64,000 nucleotides of DNA from contig JAYWIR010000007.1 of the NCBI GenBank assembly GCA_036172245.1, positions 2,108,001 through 2,172,000 on the forward strand, written 5' to 3'. Numbering within the stretch: the first letter of the stretch is position 1; every line of letters begins with the position of its first letter. A program made the position numbers and the translations under genes. The notes beneath the pieces are model-generated. The model was not told the DNA's origin, made no database searches, and saw only the letters and a list, made by a program, of their open reading frames with translations. Shown piece by piece: positions 39,301 through 51,300 of the stretch. Source of the stretch: Raillietiella orientalis (Eukaryota).

Positions 39301-42300
39301 CGTGGGCAGTGTCAGCGCACGCGTCTTCGAGCGCTCTCCCTCTCTCTTTCTCTCCCCCTCCGAGAAACGGGCGGGGGTCGTGTGGCGGGGAGAACGTGTG
39401 CCCCGCAACAATTGCATGGGGGCTGGCGGCGGACCCCGGAAGGTCGCATTCCTTCTCGGGGTCGCGTTTCCTGGTATTTCCTGCGGGAGCGCGCGCGTCG
39501 CGGAGATGACGAATCGACGCATGCGCTAAGAGTCCGAGCCGCCTTCGTCGTCCTGCTCGGAGTCGAAAGGAACGGCTCTCCTCCATCCATCCAACCCGAC
39601 GTCTCCCGCTGCTGAAGGGGTGCGGGGGGAGGGGAGGGCAAAAACTGGCAGCCCTGCCTGCGATGATGTCTTCCCGCCACAACGGTTTCCTGTAAGCTGG
39701 GGCGAAGACTGGCCGAAGACGTGCAAAGCTCGAGTCCAGGAAGGGGATATAGGATGTTTTGGAGAGGGAAAAGGGGAGAACAGGACTGTCTGATTCTTGA
39801 AATTCCCTTTTTTGTTTTTCTCGTTGGAGAATACTCACAGGAAGGCAGGGGCCGGGTAGCCATGAGCGTGGCACACGAGTTGCGCCGCGCCTCCCTTACA
39901 GAACTCACGGAAAAGAAAGCTCTCCCCACTTACGAGTGGACTCACCCTTCCAGCTGGCTCTACAGAAGGGAACGGACATGAAAAATGAACGTGGTGGTAA
40001 GAGGAGGGGGAAGGGGAGGGGGGGCACTGCCAAGCAGCGTGCCAAGCAGATCATTCCGGCATCCTTCCGAAGACACTCAAGAGATGGCGCTACGGGAGCT
40101 GTACCTAGTCGAAGGTCTCGGGTTCGCTTGGATATCGCACACGAGGGAAACATCTTTGGATTTCTCTGCCCGGGACCGGGACAGATCACTTCCCGTGATT
40201 GCGGGAGCCGTCTCGATTTTAGATTCTGGCGGAGAAGCAAAGAAAAGGTTGTTGTTGGTTCTGCTGTTGGAATCTGCCACAGACTCGAGGCGAGCCTGAC
40301 TGCTGGGACGCGCACGTGTGCTCGCGACGGGTTTCCCGCGCGCACACCAATCCGGAAGAGGGGGGAGGGACACTTCCGGTGTCCGGTGCGGATGCTTAGC
40401 TCTCGAGCTAGGGACGAGCAAACGGAGCAGCAGCAGCAGCAGCAGCAGCCAGCTACACGCCCTCCTTCTCCCCCCTTCCCCCTCCAAACTTGGACCGCAG
40501 GAATGTAAGAGCGACTTCTCGCAGCTGCCCGAATCTCGACCTTCCATTATCATCGAAAAGGGTTCTTAATTTCCAGAAGAACGGCAGGGATGGCTCTTGC
40601 GCCGAGGTCAGTCAAAGCTCCTACCACGGACGGAAAGCACGGAGGGATGCACGAACGCTGTGAATACGGAGGCTGCGCAGCACACTGCTGCCACCGCGCA
40701 CAAAAAAGATGCAGAATCCTCTTTCATCATAGCATCGGTGTGCATCTTTAATTCCACATGTGCGATGGCAGAAACTGGGCCGAGTGGCGGAGAATAAAGG
40801 GGTGGGAGGGAATTCCTTGTCAGTTTGCATGCATGCAATTGCTCCAAGTCTCCCACAAACCCACCTGCACGCTGCTCGTTCGGTCGCATGGCAGCAGCAG
40901 CGAGCGCCCGGTGGCACCCCACGCGCCGCATGACCGGGGATCTGGCAGCCTCGCGTGACACGCCGCTCACCCGGGTTTTCCAGAAAGCCCCCACCTACGA
41001 TTTGGCGGCGGGGCGTCCTTCAAGATTTACGCAAACCCGCGCTCGCTCTGTGAGAGAGCGCCATCTCCGAGCAGGCGCACGAAGTAAGACTCGCCCGCTC
41101 GGGACCGCGGCCTCTCCCTGATTCCTCCTCCACCCTAGCGAGACTGTCGACATCGTCGCTTCGATCCCACGCGACGGTCATCGGGTTACAGCCTCCGCCC
41201 CCAACTGAGGGGACGGGGGAAGGAGAGAAGGAGGAGGGAAATCGCGCCTTCGCAGGTCTGCCTCCCCCAGCAGGTTCCCCCGTTCCCGTTCGGACGCTGC
41301 CGGGATCGAACGATTCCTTCTCCTGAAAAGCCAAGGGGCGGACGACCTGATTCCCGGATCGTTCGACAGCGGGAACGAACAGCGCGACGACACATGGGGC
41401 GGGGATCGAATGGGAACGATAGCGCCTACCCAAGAGGGAATTCAGGCTCAACGAACTCTCCAGAGCGAGGGAGTAGCGGCGGCTGCGTGCCGGCAAGAAG
41501 CTTCCCCGGACGACGCGCATGCGCGCGCGCGGAAGGGACGGGGGTTTTTCCGAACAGCGAATCACCACCCCCTGCGACCCTCATCCTCCTGCACGCGCCC
41601 CGACTCTTCCCGCAGGCGACCGCAACCTCCCCCCTCTCCCGTGTCGCAAACGGCCGATGGCGCGCGCTGCTGTACTTCGCAGGAGGGACTCCGGCGCGCA
41701 CACGGGAGAGAAGAGGGGAGCGCCGTGTCCGGGAGATTCCAGGCGGCTGCCGAGGACAGAGGTGCGGGGGGGGGGGGGAAGTTCGCCTCCCCACGTGATT
41801 GCTCTCCGGACGGGAAGGGAGCGGGCGCCGAGAAGAGAAAGGTCGGGGGCGGAGGGGTCAGCTGAGCTCGCTCTGAACCCCTCCCCCCTTTTCCTCGAGC
41901 AACGTCCGAGGCAACGGGGGTGAAAGGTGGGGGGTGAGTGGCGGCGAACCACCAACAACTGACAGCGCCGCCTGCATCGCCCTCTTCAGCGGCGGCGTTG
42001 GCCTGGCGAGGTAAGGAGGGGGGTCAAGTGGATAGGAGAGAAGCGAGGACGGCCAGCCATCTCCGGTGGCGACTCCTCACTCCGAATGGGAGGAAAGAGT
42101 GGGGGTGAGACTGCGGAAACTCCCCTCCCCTCCCCCTTCCTTTTCCGCTGTCCGCTCCGGAAGCAGCTGTGGGTACCTAGACGCCGGCGGCGGGAAGCCT
42201 GTGACGTCACACAGCATCGTCGAGGCTCCGCCGTGGCCCGTGTGCACGATCCGGCCGCCCTCAAACCGGTCCCCAGAGCGCCTCGGAGGGACGTCGCCCA

Positions 42301-45300
42301 CGGGAACTGGAAATCAAAGTGCACACCCATCACCAGTAGCACCACCCCCTCGGGTTTACCTGAATGTCGGGACGGGGGACCCGCTCACGGCGCACGAGAG
42401 GCACGCGACGGACCTCTCCCCGGCGGCAACGATCTCACCTCCGTGATAACGCTTGCCGGGGGACCTCGGTGCTACGCTCGACCCCGGGTCTGCAATTCAG
42501 TGGGAACATAGTTGCGGTTGCTCTCGGAAAAGAAGAGCGTCCGCAGGGAGGTGAGAATAGGGGTAGGGGAGGGGGAAGGGGGAGAAACCGTGGAAACCAC
42601 CGACGGCCCGCACGCAAGGAGGAAAAAATAATAATAATAAACGGGCCGGCCAGAAGAGGGGAAAAAAGGAGGAGCAGCGGCGGCGGCGGCGGCGGCGGCA
42701 GAGGCAGCAATGGGTCGGCGCTTTGGAAGGAGGACGGCAGTGGATTCTCCCCCACCCCAGCCCGTCCGCTTCCCTGCGGCGCCAGTTCTTCGAGGTCGAC
42801 AGGGTCCCTCCCGCCTTCCAGCACCGTCCGGGTGGAACGAAGAACCGAATGAAGAGGAGTGGAGCGGACGGGACAGACAGAGAGAGGGAGAGACCTGAAT
42901 GTGGGCGCGGGGAGTCCCGTGACGCCACAGATCAAGTTGGCAGCCTCACGGACGGTGGCCTTGATGAGGATGCCGCCCTCCGCACGCAGCCCGACGTACG
43001 TCGGGGCGACCGTCCCAACGGGCCCTGCAAATGGACACCACAGGTCAGAGGCTCACGAGAGGCGCGGCGGTCAGCGCGGAGGACAGGGGCAGATCCTTGA
43101 TCTCTCCACCCCCCCCCCCTCCCCTCCCCTCCCCTCCCGTCCCGCAAAGCGCCCTCAGGAACAGGAGCAAAAAGGGGGAAGGGACGGGGGCGGGGGAGAG
43201 AGGGAAACTGAGTGGACTTGCGGGTCGGAGGAACCGCGACAGCCAACGACCCACGAGCCGGGAGGTGACGTCCCGGCTGCCAGGGAAGGAAAGGGGGGGG
43301 GAGGAGGAGTGCACGTGACGCGGCAGAGGGGGACACGCTAGCGTGAAATAGGGGCGGGAAAATGGGGATGGAACTGTGTGTCTACGGCAGGCGGTGGCTC
43401 GGCTGGAGTTTTTTGCCCCCCCCTCCCCCCCCCGGCAAACCGAGAGCCCAAAAGCAGGAAGAGGGGGAGCTCTCTCCAAGGGATGCCTCGCGGCCCTCGA
43501 GACCGGAAGATAGGAGGAAGAGGAGGAGACGGCGACGGGAGCCTCCTCCAGACAGAGGGACAGCAGGTGAAGGAGCAGATCGATCTCGCTCTCCCCTCTC
43601 TGGGCCAGCGACTTGCGGACCACCGCCACCAGAGTCAGACTTTCTAGGAGTTGGAAAAGGGCTCGGGAGACGCCTCCGGGGCCAGAGGTCGGCCCCGAAA
43701 CCTGCGAGGTCGGCCCTCGGCAGGAGCTGTCCCGACCGTCCCTCATGAGCAGGTGGTGCGCTCATGTGATCTCGTCTCAGTAAGTCTCGTTCGTCCCCAC
43801 TCCCACCCCTCCCGATGGCTCTTCCCGGATTCGCGACGTATGGGAAAGCCGCCCAACTCGGGGCGAGATCGCGCGTTCCCCTTCATCCCGCCTCCCCAGG
43901 CGTCCGCATGCATCCGAGCTGAGGGCGCGTACGGCAGGAGGGGGAGTAGGCGAGCAGCGATGTGGGCACTCGGGCGGCCGCCCACCCCGGCGAGGCGGGA
44001 GCGCCGGTTCCGGATAATTCCCCGCACGAAGCGCAAGGAAAGGGGGAGGGGCAGGGGTTCCCCCGCCGAAAACGGTCCTCCTGCGAAGGGGGTGAGACCA
44101 CTTCCTCTCCCGAAGCGGCTAGAAGGGGAGGAGAAGGCGGACGGGGGGAGAGAGAGAGCCGCCGGCCCCCATCCCTCCAGGAAGGGCCTCCGTTCCCGAG
44201 ACCCGCGCGCGCGCGCCGCTCCGCCCGCTGCGTTTACCTTTGCTCGGGAACCGGAAAACCCTGCACCTGACACACCAGGGACGCCGGTCGGGTCACCCCC
44301 GCAGTCTTGCGAACGTTCGCAATCTCCACGTCTTTCGACCTTGGGACCACGCTCGACGAGGGCGCTGCGGTGGACAAACTTCAGATGAGCAGGGGCGGAG
44401 AGCGGAGGACGGGGGGAGGACACACGCGCGCGCGCGCATGCCCCGCCCTCCGAGCGCACGCCTAGCGCTTTCGGGAGAACCACCTCTTCTCTCGTTCCTC
44501 CCGATGATCCGGGAGGCATGCAGGACCCTTCCTCCTCTTCCCCCTCTCCTCCTTGCCACTCTCGGCGGCACTCGGCCGCACGGCGCCATCCACCAGGGTC
44601 CGTGCCTCCTGGTGACGGAGTAGGAAACCCACGATTCGGGAGCAGCACTCACGCGCACGTCCGAGCAACGGGAATGGGGCAAGGGGGAGAGGAATGAATC
44701 TTTAGGGTTGGGCGGGGGGTCGACGCGTTGTCGCCCCTCTTTTGCCGTCCTGCGGCCGCGGTCCGGTTCGACTACCAGCGTGGCGCCGCCTCGCTGAACT
44801 CGGTCCAAACCCGACAACGCACGTGGCCCCGGGAACCCTTCGCACAGAAACGGCGGACGGTGTGCGCCAACCCTTCCAGCCGCCACGATCGTCGCGCCCT
44901 CTGACGTCGATTCCCTGGGGCTTCGCCTCCCGGTTGCAAACAGCAGCAACAGCAGCAATACGTTCGGAGGACACGCTTCCGGGAGACCTTGGGTGAGCAC
45001 CGACACAGTTCCACGGTTGCTTCCAACTCCAAACTGCTCCCCTTCCCTTCCCTTTCTCTCACCCTCTTTTCCCCCTTCGTCCCAAAGGGTAAGAAGGGAT
45101 GAAGGTGGGCGGAGTAGCAAAGCCGAAACACGAAAAGGGGCTCCCCGGTGGGGAAGGGCGCGTGCCAACCGCTTTGCTGGCACCCGGCACGCATGCGCGC
45201 CGTCAGCTGCCCCCTCCTCGGCGCAGGGGGTCTCGCCCTTTTTTTTTTTTTCCCCACCTGCGGACGCTCGTTCGTTTTCGGGCGAGTGCCGCACTAACTG

Positions 45301-48300
45301 CGCACGCCCAGCGCTTCCTAGCAACGTGTCTCCTCTCCGCCCACGGCGGCGACCGCGCGCACGTCCGCTTCCTTCGCAACGCCGCGACGAAAGCCCTTGA
45401 TCTCCTCTCACCCCCTTCTCACCCTTCCCCATACCTGGTTTCGGGCACAGGGTACCCCTGAGCCCGGCACACAAGCGCTAAGGAAAGATCAGCACGTGCG
45501 AGGCGACCTTCGATAATCACCCCATCGATCAAGCGGGGAGGAACGGTGCTCATGGGTTCTGCAAAGAAGAGAAGAGATGAAGTGCGACGGACCTGTGGCT
45601 AGGCGCTGGGAAACCGCGGGCAGCACACGGCAGCGCCGCATGGAGCCCTCGCACGGCAGCTGTCCTTTCATACTTTTCGTCCTCGGTCAGACTGGGCGGT
45701 AGCAGCGAGATAGGAACTGAAGAACAGAGAGAGCACGTGGTTGCTTAGGTGTCGGTGGCCGGTGCCTCAAGGGCCGCGACGACCTCCCCCAGAGGAGTTC
45801 GCTTTACGGGATTTCTCGACGGCTGCAAGGAGGTTCCCGTCCGAACCGTCGCGGTTTGAGATGCGCTAACGGGACTCCCGAACAATTCTTCGCCGGGCGC
45901 GAAGGACGCACATCGCGCTGGGACTCTGGACGAAGATCCTCCCTTCCTCCTCCCTTTTCCACCAGCTAGCTGTCCATCCCTTCTCTCTCCCTCGAGCCGC
46001 AATCCGCAACGACGCCACTGAGAACTCGCGCACGGAAAGCTCGTCGGTCGCATTCGCGTTTGCACTCCGGAGTGCTTAGACTCCAGCGGGACGTAGGTGC
46101 CGCTGCTCGCGCCCAAAAACGAGGGGAACGAGCGGATTTCCCAGTGGGCCGCACACATGCGCGCGCCATTCCAGCATCCTGGCCGGCCGCGCGCCGAAGA
46201 CTTCGCTTTCCTCCGCCGTTGTCGTCCTTCTCAGCTCACCTGTCCTTCCTGCATGGAGACGGTCAGGAGATAAGAAAATCGAGGCGGCAGCTTCCGCCTC
46301 GCAACGCCGCCGTCCGCCGCTGCCATCCCCATCCCCACTGCAACAATCGGAAGGAACGAGGAAATCTTAATTGCCGAGTATTTCCGATTGTTTCCCGGAA
46401 TTTTCATTGTTGCGTTTTGGACTTTCAACAATCGCTGATTTTCAACAATGCGCTCCCCCGTGGTCGCGGATTGGCCCGGAAGACTTGCGGTTGCCGCGAC
46501 TTCGCTCTCCCGCTGCTAACCGAGCGAAACCCGCATTTCCGCATCGGCCTTCTTATCTGCGGAACGCATGCTGTTGTGTTTTGTATTTCTTGTTGTTTTG
46601 CTCGCTCTGCACCCCTTCCCGGCATGGACGCATCATCGTCCTGAATAAGCAGAAAGGGAGGGGGAGGGGAGCGGAAACAACGTTTAGAGTCCCACCACGA
46701 CATTCTCTCCCTCGAGCCGCTTCTCGCACTGTCGGCGGAGTTCCAGCCTCGCCTCCATAGAGATTCGCGGAGCAAATTTATACAGAGTACGCTACTTGCA
46801 ATCCACTTCTGCTTCCGTACAGTCCATGCCCACCCCTCGTTATCTATCGCTTCGTACGTCTGACTCACGTGTGTGTAATTACGGTACTGCATCCTACATC
46901 TTGCATCCTCGGTTTCCTCGCGTACCTACGTAGGTGTGTACCAGTGCGAACAAGTCCGTTTAGTCAACACGAATTTCACAGTACAACAACAACAACAAGA
47001 AGAAGAAAACACGCGAAAGAAGCGGGAAGAATTTTTTCTTGCGGCGAGGGGTTGCTACGTAATTTCTTCCTTCAGGAATTCCGGGTTCCTTCAGGAATAA
47101 ACCTGGAATTCGCAAAAGGGCCCGAACCTCTACCTACGCTGTAAAACTGGTTGCTAGGGACGCAAAGCGTGGTGGTAATTGGGGGGGGGGGGGAACAGTG
47201 AGCCGAAAGGGAGAGGGGAAAAAAAGTGGGGGTCGTCGCGAAGACCGCGATGAAAGTGGAAAGTACTGGCACCGTGGGACGAACGGAGAGAGAGAGTGAG
47301 AAGAACGCGTCAAGAGGGATGCGCGAATCGCTGTTATGGCGACGGGTCCGGATGCGCGCCCGTCTCGACAGGAGCCGCCCCTCTCGGAATGTCGCTGCCG
47401 CCGTCGCCGCCGTTTCACGCACGTGTGCCGTGGCCGTCGTTCGCGCGCGCGCCACTCCCAGCTCGCGCGATCCCACGGCCGGATTTGCGCAAATACTCCC
47501 CAGCCGGGCGCGCGGAGATGCCTTCTGCCACCGTCGCTGCATCCGGGTCCGAGGGGGACGCCGCCACAGTCGCGGGACACGCACGTGCTCGCGAGGGCCC
47601 CCGCCCTCTTCTCGCAGTGGGGGACAAGTGTCGAGTGGCAAGACCCCCTCCTCCCCTCCCGGGCAGCTCGCCCGGGGCGCTCCACAAGGGCTGCCTCCAC
47701 AGCCTCCGAACGAGCGCAGCGGAAGGAGCTGAACTTCCACGGGACTGATGCCCTGCGTCGACGCGAGCGTGCGAGACACGATCGTGGCTCGAGGGCAAAC
47801 GCGAGAGCGAAAGGAAAGATGAGGGCGGGAGAGAGAGAGTTTGTCCGCGGGGGGAGGGGGCCGCAGGACCCTCTGGAGACGACGGCGCGCACATCCTGCA
47901 CCTCGGGATGCCGTAGAGACAAGCACGGGAGGCCCCGGGGCTGCAAGCCGTTCGCTCTGGGGTGGGAGGCCGCAGTGACGGCTAAAAGGCGAGGGCCGAG
48001 ATTAACCGGAGAACACGGTGCGATTGAAGGAGGAGAGAGGAGGGGAGGCTAACCGAGCGTCGTCGTCGTCACCCGGGAAACGGACCGCGGCAGGAAGCGC
48101 ACTCTCCGATAAAGAACGCCGCAGCAGCGAAACGGAAGCTGAGGGGACCTGGTTCGAGGGAAGAGGGGGGGGGGGATGGAAGCGATGAGAAACCGGAACT
48201 TAAGTTTTGGCAGCCCGCGCCCCCTTTTCACTTTCGATCCCTCCCCCCCCCCCTCCTTTTTTGTTTTTTTTTTTCGTTTCCGCTGTTCTTTCTCTTCCGC

Positions 48301-51300
48301 GCGAGATGTAGCGAGCTCTGACGTCATCGAGCACCTCAACTTCATCGCGCGGCGGCGCCACACCACCGGGACGCTCGGGGACGGCAGGCTCCCGAAGCGG
48401 CTTTTTGGAGCTTCGATTATCCGGGATGGCTCGGGAGAGGGAAAACGCAGGAGAGCCCTACATCAACGCTAACCGAGAAGGAGGAGTTCGTGCTTCCTGC
48501 ATCCTGGCAGCAGTGGGGAGGCGCTCTACTCAGGAAGGGAGTGCGTCGTCACGAGGATCTCACCAAGGGCGCGATGGACGAATTCCGTTTGCAATCAGAG
48601 GGGCGAACACGAAGGAGGGGGGAAGAGGGAAGGAAAGGGGGAAGCTCAGCGAGAGGTCGGTTCTCTCACGGGACGCGGTCGCCGATGCTGTCCTCCCGCA
48701 GCTCGAAACCACGCAGCTGCTGCTGGCGCGCCAGGCCGTCGGCCCCCGTCCTTTCCTGCCTTTGGGGTGGGAACGCATCTGCATGGGCACGCCAAACGCG
48801 CCAAAGAGAGGGCGGGAGCGGGGGAGCTGCGCGCACCTTCTCACATCCAGGAAACGACGAGCCCCCCCTCCCGCCCCTCTTTCTCCCCTTCATGGAAAAC
48901 AAACGGCCCAAACAATGGGATGGTCGAGAGGCCCGTCGCCTTTTCCCTTCCCTCCCTCGGCAAAAGAAGCGCGTAAGTCCTCCCCTTCATCCTTCGCGCG
49001 TGCGACCTTCCTTTCCTTTTTTTACCTTGCAGTAGGAGCGGGAAACGCTTGGATATCGCACGTCATGACCGCGGCGTGGGCCGACCTACTGGTCAGTTTG
49101 GTCCCTATGGACGACGTGTCCTTAAGGGCGGGAGGAACGTCTGTTCGGGGCACTGCAAGAAGAGAGCAAAACAGGAAGATTCGGGTCAGCAGGCCGGGGT
49201 CGGCGGAGGAGCCTCGGGGCCTCCGGGTTGGAGCAGGCTGCGGAGCTCATCATAGGACTCCTCACTCCCCCCCTACCGTTCCCTGTTCGAGAGGAATTGG
49301 CAGGTCGGCAGCTCGCTCGCCCGCCTGGGATCAACCCTGCCCCCCCCCCCCCCTCCCTCTTTCCCTCCTGGTGCGGATGTCGGGGAAGCTGGACGATCAG
49401 AGCGAAGTCAAAGGGGCCGTAGGCGGGGAGGCGAGGGAGCGCCAGCAGGAAGGACACGCGGAGGGGGGTGGGGCGGGCGCGTGACCTTTTCCCGTTTTCA
49501 GATACTCGCCGAAACGGGCGATACTAGGTCAGGACCACTCTCGCCGCTAGTCCGCGGGCGCCCCTCCCCCGGTCCCCAGAGCCACGCATGCCCGGGATTC
49601 CCACTTTTCCGAAGAGATGTGTGAGGGTTGGGGGAGGGGAGGAGCAGCCGTGGACACCGGCTTCCTCGTGCACGGTGCCTCAGAACTCCACCATCCCGTA
49701 TTGCCCGGGTAACTCGAAGCGAAGGGGAACGGTCCCCCTCCCTCCCTCCCTCCCTTCAGGGGTGTTCGAACGGCGCGCCCGAGGCGAAAAAAAGGGGAGA
49801 AAGGTAGGGGACGAGGGAGACGCTGGTCCTAGGGCTGCGCTCCCGAGAGGGACGCAGCGGCCCCGCCCCTGGTCTGAAAAAAGGAAGGAGAGCGCAGGCG
49901 TGCGTGTGGTGGGAGAGTACCCCGGTACCTCCTCCTCCCCCCCTCTTCTCTCACTGCCCGAGCCGTCGAGCCAGGAACGGTCGGGGATCGGCAGCATCCG
50001 GGTGCGAGGGAGGACGAGGATGGGGGAAGATCGCGGCCAAACGGTAGCAGCCCTTAAAGCCATCTCCTGGGGGCAGACGGGAGGCGCAGGAGGGGGAGAA
50101 AACGCGGCTGGGAGGAGGGCGCGCCAGCTTTCTGGGATGCGTTGGGAGCGGCTCGTAAAAAGGAAAAAAAAAAAAAAAATAGGTGTGGTACCTACCTAAA
50201 ATAGGGCGCCGGGTGCGCCTGAATTTCGCACAAGATTAGCGCGAGTTCGCCCGAGGTCACATCGATGTACCTCATCACCGCTTCGGGCACTTTGGGGGCG
50301 ACGTCGCTTAGCGGCTCTGGAACACCACAGGCAACCTCAAGGGACGGACGTCCCGCCCCCGGGTCGTCCCGCTCGCTGCGTGGTCCGGGGGACGCGGGCA
50401 GGTCAGGTGGCTGAAGCTCTCTCCGCCCGCCCTTTACCGGGATGGCGCGCATCTCGCGACGGGGGAGGGAGGGACGGGGCGGGCAAGGGCACGTCGTCTT
50501 CGCGGGAGGAGCTCGCTTAGAAACCGGCGGTAGAGGCGGGAAGGAAGAAGGGGAGGGAATGCGCCGCGGACCTCCCCCTCCCCTCCCAGGTTCACCGCGC
50601 GGCGGTCAGGCGGCCGGCCCGTACCTGGATTGGGGCGCGGGATGTCCCTGCGCTCGGCACAGGAGCGCCAAGGAAGGGCCCGCGCGTGCGTAGCGACCCT
50701 CGGAGACCACCCCGTCCAGGAAGCGGGGAGGGACGGTGCTCAGGGGTTCTGCAAAGAACAGAAGAGGTGAACGGGAACGGACCTGCGTCCGGGCGCCGGG
50801 AAAGCGGGCGCCGCGCAGGGCAGCGTCGCGTGGAGTCCTCGCGCGGCCACCATCCTCGCGAACCTCTCGTTCTCGGCCAGCCTGGGCGGCGCGGGCGCCA
50901 GCGGAACTGGGGGGAACACAAGAGGTCACGCCGCCGCCGCAGCGACCGGGGACGGCGAGAAGGCGCTCCCCGCCTTCGACTCGAGGGAGCGAAAGGGAGG
51001 GGAGGAGGACACGCGCGCCTGGGAACGGGAACATATGGGGTCGCGGGCAGCTGACCCTCCCCGCCGCCGCCGCCGCTGCTGCTGCTGCACCCGCTCGCTT
51101 TCGCTGACATCTAGCGGGAGGGGATGGAGGGGCGGGGGTGGTGTGGGGGAAGCGAAGACGGCCGCGTCCCAACATTCAGGCTGATCGTCACTTGTTGCGC
51201 AGGTGCGCGGAGGGGTCACAGCGCACCCCCAGTTGCATGCCTGCGCACGTCGCGCGGTTGCCCGCCGGGCGTTTTTCCCCAGAAGCTACGCCGTGGCGGC

